From positions 1 to 33,168 of the forward strand of contig JBFLYA010000014.1 of the NCBI GenBank assembly GCA_040757115.1: a DNA stretch of 33,168 nucleotides. Reading direction: 5' to 3'. A model generated the notes under the pieces. The model searched no databases, was not told where the DNA came from, and saw only the letters and a list, made by a program, of their open reading frames with translations. Position numbers and translations under genes: made by a program. Of this stretch, positions 16,579 to 27,023 are shown one piece after another (within the stretch, counting starts at the first letter, position 1; each line of letters starts with the position of its first letter). The stretch comes from a bacterium (GTDB taxonomy: Bacteria > UBA9089 > CG2-30-40-21 > SBAY01).

Positions 16579-18360
16579 TCAACTTTCTTTAAATATCGAC
16601 CAATCCATTTGTTCTAAAATTCTTCTTGCGACTGGAACTGCTTCTATACCTCCTTTACCTCCATGTTCGACAAGAACGGCGATAACTACTTTCGGGTCAT
16701 CCACCGGGGCAAAGCAAACAAAGAGGGCATGGTCTTCCCCGGTAGGATTTTGCACCGTTCCTGTTTTACCACCTATTCTTAAATAAGGTAAATAAGCCTT
16801 TTGACCTGTTCCTTTAGCCACGACATCCTCTAATCCTTTGAATACTACTTTTTGAGTCTGATTTGATAAAGGAATAATCCTTTTTACCCAGGGATTAAAT
16901 ATCTTTATATTTCCAGAAGAATCTATCATTTGTTTAGCTATTCTTGGTGTAATGATCTTGCCACCATTTACAATTGCACTTAAAGCACAGGCCAATTGTA
17001 GTGGTGTGCTTAAAATATATCCCTGACCGATACTCAAATTAACTGTTTCTCCCCAATACCATGATTCTTTAAATTTTTCTTCTTTCCATCTTCGAGTAGG
17101 AACTAATCCACTTGCTTCAGCAGGCAAATCAATGCCTGTTTTCTCTCCTAATCCTACTTGCTGGGCAAATTTTGAGATTTTATTTATCCCCAATTTAATC
17201 CCAACTTGATAGAAAAAGATATTACAGGAATGAGCAAGTGCATCCATAACATCTACAGAGCCATGTTTTTCTTTTTGGAAACAAATAAACCTTTTATTCC
17301 CTAACCAGTATATTCCCCCACAAGAATATCTTGTGCCCTCGTTTATAATTTCATCTTCTAATGCCGCGGTCGCCACGATAATTTTAAATACGGACCCGGG
17401 GGAATATTGTGCTTGAATTACCCGATTAAGTAATGGATATTGTTTATCAGAAAATATCTGTTTAGCCTGAGTAGAAGTCATATGCCCTAAGAACATATTT
17501 GGGTCAAAACCTGGCTTGCTAACTATAGATAATATTTCACCATTATTAGGATTCATCACGACTACTGCCCCGGATTTCTCACCAAGAGCCTCATTGGCTA
17601 TTTCTTGTAACCGCTTATCAATGGTCAAAATTAGATTATTACCAGGGATTGGTTCCATATTACCTAAAACCTGTAATTGTCTTCCACGAACATCGACTTC
17701 AATTTGTTTCCCACCATTTTTGCCTCTTAAAGAAAGGTCATAATATCCTTCAATCCCTGATTTCCCAATTAAATCACCATATTTATATCCATCATTGTAT
17801 TTATGGATAAGTTCTTCTTTACTAATTTCACCAATATATCCTAAGAGATGACTACAAATGGGACCATAGGTATAATATCGTTTTTGATTAACTTGAATCA
17901 TAATACCTGGTAGTTCGGTTGTTCGTTCAGCGACTTTAGTCAGGATTTCACGGTCTACATCAGCAACGATTACCGTGGGTTCAAAAGGCTTATTTTTTTT
18001 CGCCTGAATCTTCTCCATCACCTCTTTTAGATTAATTTCTACTATTTCTTTTAACTTGATTAGTGTTTGTTCTATTTCATTTTTGTTCAAGCCAAGTTGA
18101 ATGATGGCAATGTCAAATGAAGGTATATCTTGGGCTAATATCTTCCCATTGCAGTCATAAATCATTCCTCTTGAAGCAGTAATTGGTATTAACCGAATAC
18201 GGTTATTTTCCGAGACCTTTTGATAATAATTTCCTTTTATTATCTGTAAATAGATTGCTTTAACAATTAATATGGCAAAAGCGATTATAATAATTGTAGT
18301 TAATCGAACAAGTCTTTGCCGTAATCTTTCTAATTCAGATTCAGTCGGTTCAATATGCAT
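16579..18360 (-). CDS. mrdA: Penicillin-binding protein 2
   Basis: SVFK (SxxK), SCN (SxN), KTGT motifs; N-terminal TM; follows mreBCD. Confidence 0.96.
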   Translation of the reverse strand: MHIEPTESELERLRQRLVRLTTIIIIAFAILIVKAIYLQIIKGNYYQKVSENNRIRLIPITASRGMIYDCNGKILAQDIPSFDIAIIQLGLNKNEIEQTLIKLKEIVEINLKEVMEKIQAKKNKPFEPTVIVADVDREILTKVAERTTELPGIMIQVNQKRYYTYGPICSHLLGYIGEISKEELIHKYNDGYKYGDLIGKSGIEGYYDLSLRGKNGGKQIEVDVRGRQLQVLGNMEPIPGNNLILTIDKRLQEIANEALGEKSGAVVVMNPNNGEILSIVSKPGFDPNMFLGHMTSTQAKQIFSDKQYPLLNRVIQAQYSPGSVFKIIVATAALEDEIINEGTRYSCGGIYWLGNKRFICFQKEKHGSVDVMDALAHSCNIFFYQVGIKLGINKISKFAQQVGLGEKTGIDLPAEASGLVPTRRWKEEKFKESWYWGETVNLSIGQGYILSTPLQLACALSAIVNGGKIITPRIAKQMIDSSGNIKIFNPWVKRIIPLSNQTQKVVFKGLEDVVAKGTGQKAYLPYLRIGGKTGTVQNPTGEDHALFVCFAPVDDPKVVIAVLVEHGGKGGIEAVPVARRILEQMDWSIFKES

Positions 18361-18833
18361 TATTCTTCTCCTGATTTTGTTTTGTGGATTATCGGGTAAA
18401 TAAGAATCCCCAGAATGGTATTATAAATGGCAATAAAAAAAACTCTATTCAGTGAGGAAATTCCAGGGGAAATAATGAATATAGATTGAATGGCAAAGAT
18501 TAATAAATTCTGGATGAGTGTAAATATAAAAATAGATAAAGAAATAGAAATCAAATTTTCTTTATGGATTTTTTTTATACTACTTACTGATAATCCAATA
18601 ATCAGTTTTGTAAAGGTATTAATTCCCTGATTAATACCTGAAAGACTATCCTGTAATATCCCGGCGATAAATCCTATTATTCCTGCCTCAAATGATGAGT
18701 GTTTAAAGGCAAAAAAGATTATTATAATCAGGAGTAAATCTGGTTTTATTTCACAAATAGTTAAGACATCTGCGTAGACTGTTTGTCCAACTAAACATAG
18801 AATAATTATTCCAATCCACATTACCCAATACAC
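18360..18833 (-). CDS. mreD: Rod shape-determining protein MreD
   Basis: Hydrophobic, KPDLLLI, GFIAGILQD; position between mreC and mrdA. Confidence 0.9.
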   Translation of the reverse strand: MYWVMWIGIIILCLVGQTVYADVLTICEIKPDLLLIIIIFFAFKHSSFEAGIIGFIAGILQDSLSGINQGINTFTKLIIGLSVSSIKKIHKENLISISLSIFIFTLIQNLLIFAIQSIFIISPGISSLNRVFFIAIYNTILGILIYPIIHKTKSGEE

Positions 18834-18886
18834 TTAACCATTTCCTTTACCATTGGTTGTTTTATTTGTTAAATAATTCTTCTCCT

Positions 18887-19735
18887 CTATTTTTTTAAAG
18901 TGGGTTTAGATATTTCTTTACTTACAATTACCAATACTTCTTCTAATTTAGAGAATTTAATCGCCGGAAGAATATCCACTTCACGAAACAAACCACGGTC
19001 TTTTAATCCAACATAGACTACATATCCTACAAATAATCCTTTTGGAAAAACCCCACCATCTCCTGAAGTAACCACAATATCATTTTTAACCACATCCGCA
19101 TCATAAGGTAAGAATTTTAATTTACAAAATCTATAGTTATCCCCTTCAATAATTCCTTTTTCATTAGAGCGGAGGATTTGTGTGCCAATCATACTATTTT
19201 GGTCATTCAGAAGTAAAACTGAAGCCGAATGATTTTCTACTCCAATGACTCTTCCCACTAATCCTTCTTTTCCATCTTGATAAGTAACTACTGGCGCAAG
19301 TTTATAAATCCCATCCTTTTTCCCTTTATCAATGATGACCGTGTTGGTCCAATTACTTGGGTCGTAACTAATGACCCTTGCCGCTATAGTTTCATAAGGA
19401 AGCCTGCATTTATAGTCTAATAGTTTTTTTAATCTTTTATTTTCATTTAATGCAGATTGCCATTCTTTGCGTTCTGAGGCAAAATATCTCTCTTTTTCTC
19501 TAAGTCTTTGATTTTCATTTCGTATTGATTGAAGTTCTTTAATCGTAGAGAAAAAGTCTTTTGTAGAAAATTTTATTTCTGCCCCCAGAAGTTGAAAAGG
19601 AAGCAGGATATTCATAATTCCTCGTTTTAAATATCCTGTGGATAAGGATGTATGACTAGCCATTAAAATAATAGAAATAGATAGTAAAACAATAATAACA
19701 TTTGTTTTCGCATGTTTCCATAAGAAACCAGTCAT
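18887..19735 (-). CDS. mreC: Rod shape-determining protein MreC
   Basis: ENKRLKKLL, IDKGKKDGI, GLVGRV, VVTSGDGGVFPKGL; start placed at MTGFLW after AAGAGG. Confidence 0.93.
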   Translation of the reverse strand: MTGFLWKHAKTNVIIVLLSISIILMASHTSLSTGYLKRGIMNILLPFQLLGAEIKFSTKDFFSTIKELQSIRNENQRLREKERYFASERKEWQSALNENKRLKKLLDYKCRLPYETIAARVISYDPSNWTNTVIIDKGKKDGIYKLAPVVTYQDGKEGLVGRVIGVENHSASVLLLNDQNSMIGTQILRSNEKGIIEGDNYRFCKLKFLPYDADVVKNDIVVTSGDGGVFPKGLFVGYVVYVGLKDRGLFREVDILPAIKFSKLEEVLVIVSKEISKPTLKK

Positions 19736-19762
19736 TTTTAGTATCCTCTTCTTTGAAAATTG

Positions 19763-20007
19763 GTAACCGTTCAAGTGGTAATTTACCGCAGAGACGCAGA
19801 GGAACAGAGAAGACATAGAAATAAATCACATCACATAAAAGATTATTGATGCAGACATTGAAATACTTATGACCTGCTTGCCGAATGTTCAGCAAGCACA
19901 CCAGATTTGTTAATCCATCCCTGATGAAAATCAGGGATGTTAAACGTTTCGTCCATAGATTTTATTTTTTTTCTCTGCGTCTCTGTGTCTCTGCGGTGAA
20001 CAGTTAC
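19763..20007 (+). mobile_element. GTAAC...GTTAC element with CAGAG 9-mer arms and GxxExxY remnant
   Basis: GTAACCGTTCA ... TGAACAGTTAC; interior reads IEINHIT*KIIDADIEI and DVKRFVHRF; first ~60 bp recur inverted at 7880-7940. Confidence 0.75.
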
Positions 20008-20039
20008 ATACACTCAGAAATCCAAAATCGAAATTTTTT

Positions 20040-21119
20040 TCAGGAACCTTCTTCTTCTGTTCCTGTTCTAAAAGTAGTGCTCCACCTCATCCCTCCTTTT
20101 TTACGAGCCATATGTAAATTTTTCAACTCATCTAAATATCTACCTGTTCCAATAACGACGCATCTCAGTGGGTCATCCGCTAAGATAACTGGTAATCTTG
20201 TTTCTTGAGAAAGTAACCTATCTAACTCGCGTAACAAGGCACCGCCACCAGATAAAACTATACCGCGGTCAACAATATCTGATGCTAATTCTGGCGGTGT
20301 TTCCTCTAATGCTGTTTTAACTACTTCGACAATAAAACTGATAGGTTCTTTTAATGCCTCTCGGACTTCTTCTGATGTAATTCTAAGTGTTCTTGGTAGG
20401 CCAGTCATCGTATCTCGGCCTTTTATTTCCATTGATTGTTCTTCTGGTAATGGATATGCGGAGCCAATTTTAATCTTCAGCTCTTCAGCGGTGCGTTCGC
20501 CAATCAGGAGTGAATGGGTTTTTTTCGTATATTGAACGAGTGCTTCATCCATTTCATTGCCAGCAATCCGAATGGATTTACTTACCACCATCCCCCCTAA
20601 GGAAATGACTGCTACCTCTGTTGTGCCACCACCTATATCAACAATCATATTTCCTGCTGGTTCATAAACTTGAATATTAGAGCCGATAGCGGCGGCCATA
20701 GGTTCTTCAATGAGATAAACCTCTCTTGCTCCTGCTTGTTCTGCGGCTTCACGCACTGCCCTTCTTTCTACCTCAGTTATTCCAGATGGAACACCAATTA
20801 CAATTCTCGGTCTAACCAATGCCCGTCGATTATGGACTTTGGTAATAAAATGACGAATCATTCGCTCCGTAATCTCAAAATCAGCAATTACACCATCTTT
20901 CAAGGGTCTGATGGCAATAATATCTCCTGGTGTCCGTCCTAACATCCGTTTAGCTTCTTCTCCCACGGCTAAAACGGCTCTTGATTCTCGCTCTATAGCT
21001 ACGACTGACGGTTCACAAAGAACAATACCTTCACCCCTAACATGCACCAGAGTATTGGCTGTCCCTAAATCTATCCCAATATCATTAGAAAATAAACCAA
21101 ATAAAGAATTCAGTAACAT
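20040..21119 (-). CDS. mreB: Actin-like MreB
   Basis: [47 protein letters not shown]. Confidence 0.98.
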   Translation of the reverse strand: MLLNSLFGLFSNDIGIDLGTANTLVHVRGEGIVLCEPSVVAIERESRAVLAVGEEAKRMLGRTPGDIIAIRPLKDGVIADFEITERMIRHFITKVHNRRALVRPRIVIGVPSGITEVERRAVREAAEQAGAREVYLIEEPMAAAIGSNIQVYEPAGNMIVDIGGGTTEVAVISLGGMVVSKSIRIAGNEMDEALVQYTKKTHSLLIGERTAEELKIKIGSAYPLPEEQSMEIKGRDTMTGLPRTLRITSEEVREALKEPISFIVEVVKTALEETPPELASDIVDRGIVLSGGGALLRELDRLLSQETRLPVILADDPLRCVVIGTGRYLDELKNLHMARKKGGMRWSTTFRTGTEEEGS

Positions 21120-21138
21120 TGTTTACCCCCTTTTTATC

Positions 21139-21621
21139 CTTATCCTTACCCACATCTTTTACTGGACAGATTAGATAGAAATTCCAAATTTCAAGCACCA
21201 AATTCCAAATAAATTCCAAAGACCAAATTCCAAAGTTCATTCTTTCTGTTGGATGCAAGATGAATTCCGCAGATTTTCAAGATTTTAAACATATTAGCCA
21301 CAGATGAACACGGATTTTTTTGTTGTAAGGATAGAGTTTGTTTCTGTCGGGGCCGGGAATCAAATAAAATGCGATGAATAACCGCGTTAATGCCTGTGTG
21401 GCTGAATTATTTAATTTTTTTATTATCCTGATAATCTGCGAAAATCTGTGTCCTATTATGGTTTGGAATTTTGAATTTTGGTCATTGGAATTTATTTGTA
21501 TTTTGGAATTTGTGATTTGGAACTTTGCAACTCACTCCGCTCTCCTGCAATCTCTAATCTCCCATTCATAATTTATCCTTGCTTACCTCATTTTGTTACC
21601 CAATTTGTGGGTAAGGATAAG
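21139..21621. mobile_element. MITE-like element, 16-bp TIR CTTATCCTTACCCACA, 9-bp TSD
   Basis: CTTTTTATC duplicated at 21130-21138 and 21622-21630; interior has inverted AATTCCA/TGGAATT 7-mer arrays. Confidence 0.92.
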
Positions 21622-21678
21622 CTTTTTATCAGAAGTCAGAAGTTTTTCCTCCCCTGTTTTCTGTCCTCTATCTTAAAT

Positions 21679-21707
21679 ACTATACCAAAAATAGTTTTAA
21701 TTGTCAA
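21679..21707 (-). promoter_or_regulatory. sigma70 promoter for the mre operon
   Basis: TTGACA-17 bp-TATAGT on the minus strand. Confidence 0.7.
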
Positions 21708-21716
21708 TAAAATCTT

Positions 21717-22649
21717 TTATCTTTTTTTTAAATTATTTAGTTCTTCTTTTGCCTCTTTATTAGCAGGATTTATTTTTAAAACAGTTTTCAACTCCTTTTC
21801 TGCCGAGGCAATGTCTCCTTGATTTTTATGAATCTTCCCTAATTTATAATGGGCTATCTCTGAACTGCGGTTTAATTTAAGTATTGCTTTATATTCATCT
21901 TTCGCATGCTCCATCAAATCCTGTTGATAATAGAGTTCAGCCATCACTGTCCGAATTTTAATACTAATAGCCTTATCCAAATTTGGTATATTAACCGCAT
22001 TACGAAATGCAGATAAAGCATTATTAGGCATTCCCTTTACTTTATATACCCAGCCAATATTATACCAGGCAGAAACATCATCAGGATTAAGTGTTTTAGC
22101 CTGCGTATATTCCTCAATAGCATCATTATACAACCCTTTTTTGAAGTAAATATGTCCTAAATAAATATGTGTTTCTGGAGTTTCAAATTTCCCTTTTAAT
22201 GATTTTTTTAATGCAGATTGAGCTTGCTCGTAATAATCTTTTCCCTTTGCGTATCTACTTAACTTAAAATATGCTATCCCACATTGATAATGAACTTGAG
22301 GTGAGATTTTCTCCTCTTTTTCATCTAATTTAATTGCATTTTGATAATATTTAAGGCTATTTTCAAGTAAAATCGCTACTTCTTTTTCATTTCCCTTGAG
22401 TTCTTCCTCCAGTGCCTTATGATAATAACACTCTCCCAATGAAATATATGCCTCGATATTAGCCGGGTCTTTTTCTAATATCTTTTTGTATTTTAAAGAT
22501 ATATCTTGTTTGGGAGTATAAGTCTTACTTATCCCTAAAAATATAAGGCTGATGAAAATAAGAAGTAAGATTATTTTTATAATAAAATTAGGTCTTTTGT
22601 CTTTACCTCGATATATACTTTTTTTACGGACCGGGCTATATACTTTCAT
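21717..22649 (-). CDS. Membrane-anchored TPR protein
   Basis: N-terminal TM, multiple TPR motifs (AYISLGECYY, AWYNIGWVY, AHYKLGKIH); start placed at MKVYSP after AAGGAG. Confidence 0.88.
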   Translation of the reverse strand: MKVYSPVRKKSIYRGKDKRPNFIIKIILLLIFISLIFLGISKTYTPKQDISLKYKKILEKDPANIEAYISLGECYYHKALEEELKGNEKEVAILLENSLKYYQNAIKLDEKEEKISPQVHYQCGIAYFKLSRYAKGKDYYEQAQSALKKSLKGKFETPETHIYLGHIYFKKGLYNDAIEEYTQAKTLNPDDVSAWYNIGWVYKVKGMPNNALSAFRNAVNIPNLDKAISIKIRTVMAELYYQQDLMEHAKDEYKAILKLNRSSEIAHYKLGKIHKNQGDIASAEKELKTVLKINPANKEAKEELNNLKKR

Positions 22650-22759
22650 TGTTACTCCTTGATTGAGCCTGTGATTCAGACACTGGACATCAGACACAAG
22701 ACTATAGACTCTATTTATGGAGGAAATTAGTGACATTTGGGAAACCATCCTCAAAACTT

Positions 22760-23262
22760 GGTGGTGTCTGAAAATAACTCTAATAGTGAAATCTATGCAG
22801 ATTTGGTGTCCAAAAGGGATTTCCTCCAAAGAGCAAAATGCAAAACTCGTTTATAGTTTATGGTTTATAGTTTATAGTCTATAGTCCTTCAACTATCTAC
22901 TATCAACTATAAACTATCTTTGCCAAAGTTCAGTAAAATTATCTCTTTCCTTTCAGCGTTAAAATACTTGAAGCAAAGATATTACCAAATTCCTCCAACT
23001 CTTTGAGAAACCATACTACTTCCTATTGCTCACCAATTCTTCTTTGAGAGACACTATCCTTTGGCAACTTATCGATGAATTCTATAAGTCGCAGAGTAAA
23101 GTTATACAGTCTTTTCTTGAAGTCCTTTTTGAAATTTGATTTGTAATTTTGCATTTTGATATTTGATATTTTACAGGTCTAACTCTCAGTCATCTCTCCC
23201 AAATCCTATTTTGCAGAACCCTATACACTATTTTAACCTTTATGCTAGATTAAGACACCACC
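22760..23262 (-). mobile_element. MITE-like element, GGTGGTGTCT TIR, 8-bp TSD, copy 2
   Basis: CAAAACTT duplicated at 22752-22759 and 23263-23270; arms match the 3140-3560 element in reverse. Confidence 0.92.
22939..23154 (-). pseudogene. Internally deleted four-helix-bundle protein gene
   Basis: MQNYKSNFKKDFKKRLYNFTLRLIEFIDKLPKDSVSQRIGEQ*EVVWFLKELEEFGNIFASSILTLKGKR*. Confidence 0.78.
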
Positions 23263-23454
23263 CAAAACTTCACTCCCTGAATTTTTCCTAAACCTTACCT
23301 ATGTCCGTGACAATGTCAGTGAAGAAACTCCTTCAACTCATCCAATACTTCCAACTCTTTCTACTCTTTCAACTCTTCCAGCAGAAGTATAGGCAGGTCT
23401 CCTCATCCTTCATTCTTCTGCAATTTCTGCCTACTTTAGTCTGAAGTCTGATGT

Positions 23455-24162
23455 CTATAGTCTACTGTCTGAATCACAGGCCCCTTGTAAGACAATTGTT
23501 AATTCACCCTTTGGTAGAGTTAAATTAAGTTTTTCAATCACTTCGCTTATCCTTCCTCGAAGGACTTCTTCAAATTTTTTTGTCAATTCTCGCATCACCG
23601 CCATTTGTCTATCTCCAAGAATTTCTAAGATATCATTTAGACTCTTGAGGATACGGTGCGGGGATTCAAAAAATACCACCACCCTTTTTTCTTCCTTTAA
23701 TTTTTTGAGAAGTCTTATGCGGTTTTTGTGAGTAGATGGCAAAAATCCTTCAAAGATAAAATGTTTTGTCGGAAAACCTGAAATGACTAATGCTGTAAGA
23801 ATAGCTGTTGGACCAGGAATCGGAACTATTCGTATTTTATTTTCTATTGCCTGACAGACTAAATCATACCCCGGGTCTGATACGCCAGGCATCCCGGCAT
23901 CCGAAACTAAAGCTATATCCCTACCTTTTTGTAATAAGTTAATGAGATACTTACCTTTTTTAAACTTGTTATGTTGATAGTAAGAGGTAATTTCAGTTTT
24001 GATTTGATAATGATTTAAAAGTTTTTTTGTAACCCTTGTATCTTCAGCGGCAATTAAATCTACCTCTCTGAGGACGCGCAATGCCCTTAAGGTAATATCT
24101 TCTATGTTTCCAATTGGAGTCCCACATAGATAAAGTGTTCCCACTGATACTTTTTTATCCAT
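23455..24162 (-). CDS. rsmI: 16S rRNA C1402 2'-O-methyltransferase
   Basis: GTPIGNIEDITLRA, AAEDTR, SDAGMPGVSDPG, FEGFLP, ESPHR, RELTKKFEE. Confidence 0.97.
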   Translation of the reverse strand: MDKKVSVGTLYLCGTPIGNIEDITLRALRVLREVDLIAAEDTRVTKKLLNHYQIKTEITSYYQHNKFKKGKYLINLLQKGRDIALVSDAGMPGVSDPGYDLVCQAIENKIRIVPIPGPTAILTALVISGFPTKHFIFEGFLPSTHKNRIRLLKKLKEEKRVVVFFESPHRILKSLNDILEILGDRQMAVMRELTKKFEEVLRGRISEVIEKLNLTLPKGELTIVLQGACDSDSRL

Positions 24163-24389
24163 AATTTTATCTATTAAATGATGATGTTGTTAATTATATC
24201 ATAACTATACCTACCTTTGTCAAGAAACTTTTGCACGATAACAAAATATTATAGTAGTTATTAACGAAAATTTCTCATAGAACAGATATAGCAACAGGGT
24301 TGATGGTTTATAGTTTATAGTTTATAGTTGATAGTTTCATAGACTATCAACTATCAACAATACTAATGTGAACTTTTGGTTAATACTTA

Positions 24390-25466
24390 CTATGATTTAA
24401 TAGAAACAGGCAACAGATGAACAGAAGTGGCTTTAAATATTAAATAAACTTCAGAACCTGATTTTAGTTCCAGTGAAATTACTGATTGTTTTGTAACAAG
24501 AGAAGTTAGTGATAAATTATTGCAACTAACCTCAACGGAATAAATTGCGCCAATATTCTCAATTTTTTTAATTTCCCCTTTAAAGCAGTTGCGTGCTGAG
24601 GAAACAATGGGAGTTTTTGAAATTAAGATATCTTCAGGTCTTATAATTCCTGTCACCTTACCGGATAATATATTATTTACAACATTTATTTTTAAGCCAC
24701 CTGCCAGAAGATAAGTTTCTTCCCTTTCTTTTAAAATCTCACCTGAAAATATATTTTCTGAAAGTGAAAATTCAGCAATATCTACGGATAATGGAGTTTC
24801 AAAAATATCTTTACTATTTCCTTCCTGAACGATTTCTCCGTTTTTTAAAAAAAATATTTTATTAGCAAAATGTCTTGCTTGAAGTAAATTGTGAGTGGTA
24901 AGAATTATTGTTTTTTTTGATTGGACAAGTTCAAAAATAATCTCTTGAATCCTTTTTGTAGTTATTGGGTCTAAATTACTTGTTGGCTCATCAAGAAGGA
25001 ATAAATCAGGATTAACCATCAAAACTCTGGCAAGTTGTAATCTCTGTTTTTCTCCACCTGAAAGTTTTTTGGCATCTTTGTCTATTTTATCAGACAATCC
25101 AATCCTATGAATTATCTCTTCGATTTGAGGTTTTTCAATCTTTAATTTGCGATAATTCAAAGGATAAATAATATTCTGGTAAACAGTTCCTTCTAAAATA
25201 ATTGGATTCTGAAAGACAAAACCAATTTTTCGTCGGCAATTCAATTTATCTCTTGAGGTAAATTTAGCCGAAGAATCTCCGTTATAAAATATCTCTCCTG
25301 AAGTAGGTTTATCAAGAAGTCCGATTATTCTTAAAAACGTGGTTTTACCTGCACCATTTGGACCAATGAGGACATTTATATTTTCAGGTCCAAAATTTAA
25401 GTTTATATCTTTTAAGATATTTAATCTACCAATTTTTTTATTTAGGCTTTTTACTTTTATATTCAT
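24390..25466 (-). CDS. tupC: Tungstate ABC transporter ATPase with C-terminal TOBE domain
   Basis: GPNGAGKT, LSGGEKQR, LDEPT; C-terminal SSARNCFKG...IFKATSV. Confidence 0.85.
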   Translation of the reverse strand: MNIKVKSLNKKIGRLNILKDINLNFGPENINVLIGPNGAGKTTFLRIIGLLDKPTSGEIFYNGDSSAKFTSRDKLNCRRKIGFVFQNPIILEGTVYQNIIYPLNYRKLKIEKPQIEEIIHRIGLSDKIDKDAKKLSGGEKQRLQLARVLMVNPDLFLLDEPTSNLDPITTKRIQEIIFELVQSKKTIILTTHNLLQARHFANKIFFLKNGEIVQEGNSKDIFETPLSVDIAEFSLSENIFSGEILKEREETYLLAGGLKINVVNNILSGKVTGIIRPEDILISKTPIVSSARNCFKGEIKKIENIGAIYSVEVSCNNLSLTSLVTKQSVISLELKSGSEVYLIFKATSVHLLPVSIKS

Positions 25467-26149
25467 TTTCCCTGTATTATTTGTAAAGGTATATTTATAA
25501 TTACGGCTATAAAAAGAAGCACAATACCTATGGCAATCCCTGTTTCAAAATTCCCTTTCATTGTCTCAAGTGCAATTGTTGTCGTCATAACTCTTGTCTC
25601 GCCTTTTATATTTCCGCCTACCATTAAAGTCATACCCGTTTCTCCAATAATTCTTGAAAAACCGGTAATTATAGCGGTCAGGAAGGCAAATTTTCCTTCT
25701 TTAATTAATGTTAAAGCCATCTGAGACCTGCTTGCACCCAGAGAGTAAGCAATATCTTTGACATCTTTAGCAATTCCTTTTAAGGCAGAAAGAGAGAGGG
25801 CACAAATTATTGGTGTGGCAAGGAGTGCCTGAGCAATTATTATGGCAGAGGGTGTGAAAAGTAAGCCAAATACACCAGCAGGTCCTTTTCTTGATAAAAA
25901 TATATAGACTAAAAGTCCAATCAATACTGCCGGGAGTGCAAGCCAGGTATTGATTATACCAACAAGGACTCTCTTGAATTTGAATTCTTTGATAGCAAAA
26001 TAGAGACCTATTGGTATTCCAAAAATTCCAGCAATAATAGTTGCACTTCCAGAAACTACTATTGAAAGAAGAACAATTTCAATTATCTCCTTTTTGGGAG
26101 GCAATAAAAGTAAAAATCCCTGTTTTATTCCTTCATATAGATATTCCAT
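25463..26149 (-). CDS. tupB: Tungstate ABC transporter permease
   Basis: SRKGPAG, LLFTP, MVGGNIKGETRVMTTTIALET. Confidence 0.9.
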   Translation of the reverse strand: MEYLYEGIKQGFLLLLPPKKEIIEIVLLSIVVSGSATIIAGIFGIPIGLYFAIKEFKFKRVLVGIINTWLALPAVLIGLLVYIFLSRKGPAGVFGLLFTPSAIIIAQALLATPIICALSLSALKGIAKDVKDIAYSLGASRSQMALTLIKEGKFAFLTAIITGFSRIIGETGMTLMVGGNIKGETRVMTTTIALETMKGNFETGIAIGIVLLFIAVIINIPLQIIQGK

Positions 26150-26979
26150 TAGAATTTCACCACATCAGGAAAATAAAGTGGTTCTCCAAATTTTTTAATC
26201 CCAAAATTTTTAATAATTTTTTGCCCCTCATAACTTCTTATAAAATCTGCAAATTTTTGGGCTAACTTAAAATTTACCCGGGGAAATTTTGTTGGAGAAA
26301 CAACGATTACTGAATACGGGTTATAAAGTATGGAGTCACCTTCAACAAGTATTTCAAGCACATCAATCTCTTTTTTATGAGATAGCCAGGTGGCGCGGTC
26401 AACAAGGCAATATGCATTTTTCTCCTGGGCAATTCTTAAAGTCATCTCCATTCCTGTGCCACTTTCAATATAAAAGTCTCCAGATGGTTTTATATTTAAT
26501 TGTTTCCATATATTTAATTCTTTTTTATGTGTCCCTGAATCATCTCCGCGTGAAACAAAAGGTGTTTTTGATTGATATATTTTTTTAAATGAATTTAATG
26601 CCTTATCCTCTTTTATTCCAGCCGGGTCATTTTTAGGGCCTACAATTAAGAAATCATTATGCATCACATCAAGTCTTTTTATACCATAACCATCCTGGAC
26701 AAATTGTTCCTCTGACACCCTATCGTGAACTAAAAGCACATCAGCATTTCCATCCTTAGCAAGACGAATTGCCTGTCCTGTGCCAACGGCAATTACCTTA
26801 ACAGAACAATCATATTTTTTCTCAAATGCAGGAATTAGCACATCAAATAGACCCGAGTCCAGTGTGGATGTTGTTGAAGTAAGAATAAGTTTTTGTTTTG
26901 CAAAAGATTGATTATTAAATACAACTAAACTAAAAAACATAAACAAGAAACTAATTGAATGAAAGGTTTTAGGATTCAT
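26149..26979 (-). CDS. tupA: Tungstate-binding protein
   Basis: Signal peptide, TTSTLDSGL, VGTGQA, SRGDDSGTH, DRATW. Confidence 0.92.
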   Translation of the reverse strand: MNPKTFHSISFLFMFFSLVVFNNQSFAKQKLILTSTTSTLDSGLFDVLIPAFEKKYDCSVKVIAVGTGQAIRLAKDGNADVLLVHDRVSEEQFVQDGYGIKRLDVMHNDFLIVGPKNDPAGIKEDKALNSFKKIYQSKTPFVSRGDDSGTHKKELNIWKQLNIKPSGDFYIESGTGMEMTLRIAQEKNAYCLVDRATWLSHKKEIDVLEILVEGDSILYNPYSVIVVSPTKFPRVNFKLAQKFADFIRSYEGQKIIKNFGIKKFGEPLYFPDVVKF

Positions 26980-27023
26980 ATTGTTAACTTCCTGATTTCT
27001 GCAATAATGATGTTGTTATTTTT

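Noticed and set aside
22650-22829. N-terminal extensions in the ORF track (also mreC 19736-19816, SAS 32771-32875, cobF 2983-3018)
   Set aside because: They run through repeat elements; downstream ATGs fit the protein families better and mostly have a clear RBS.
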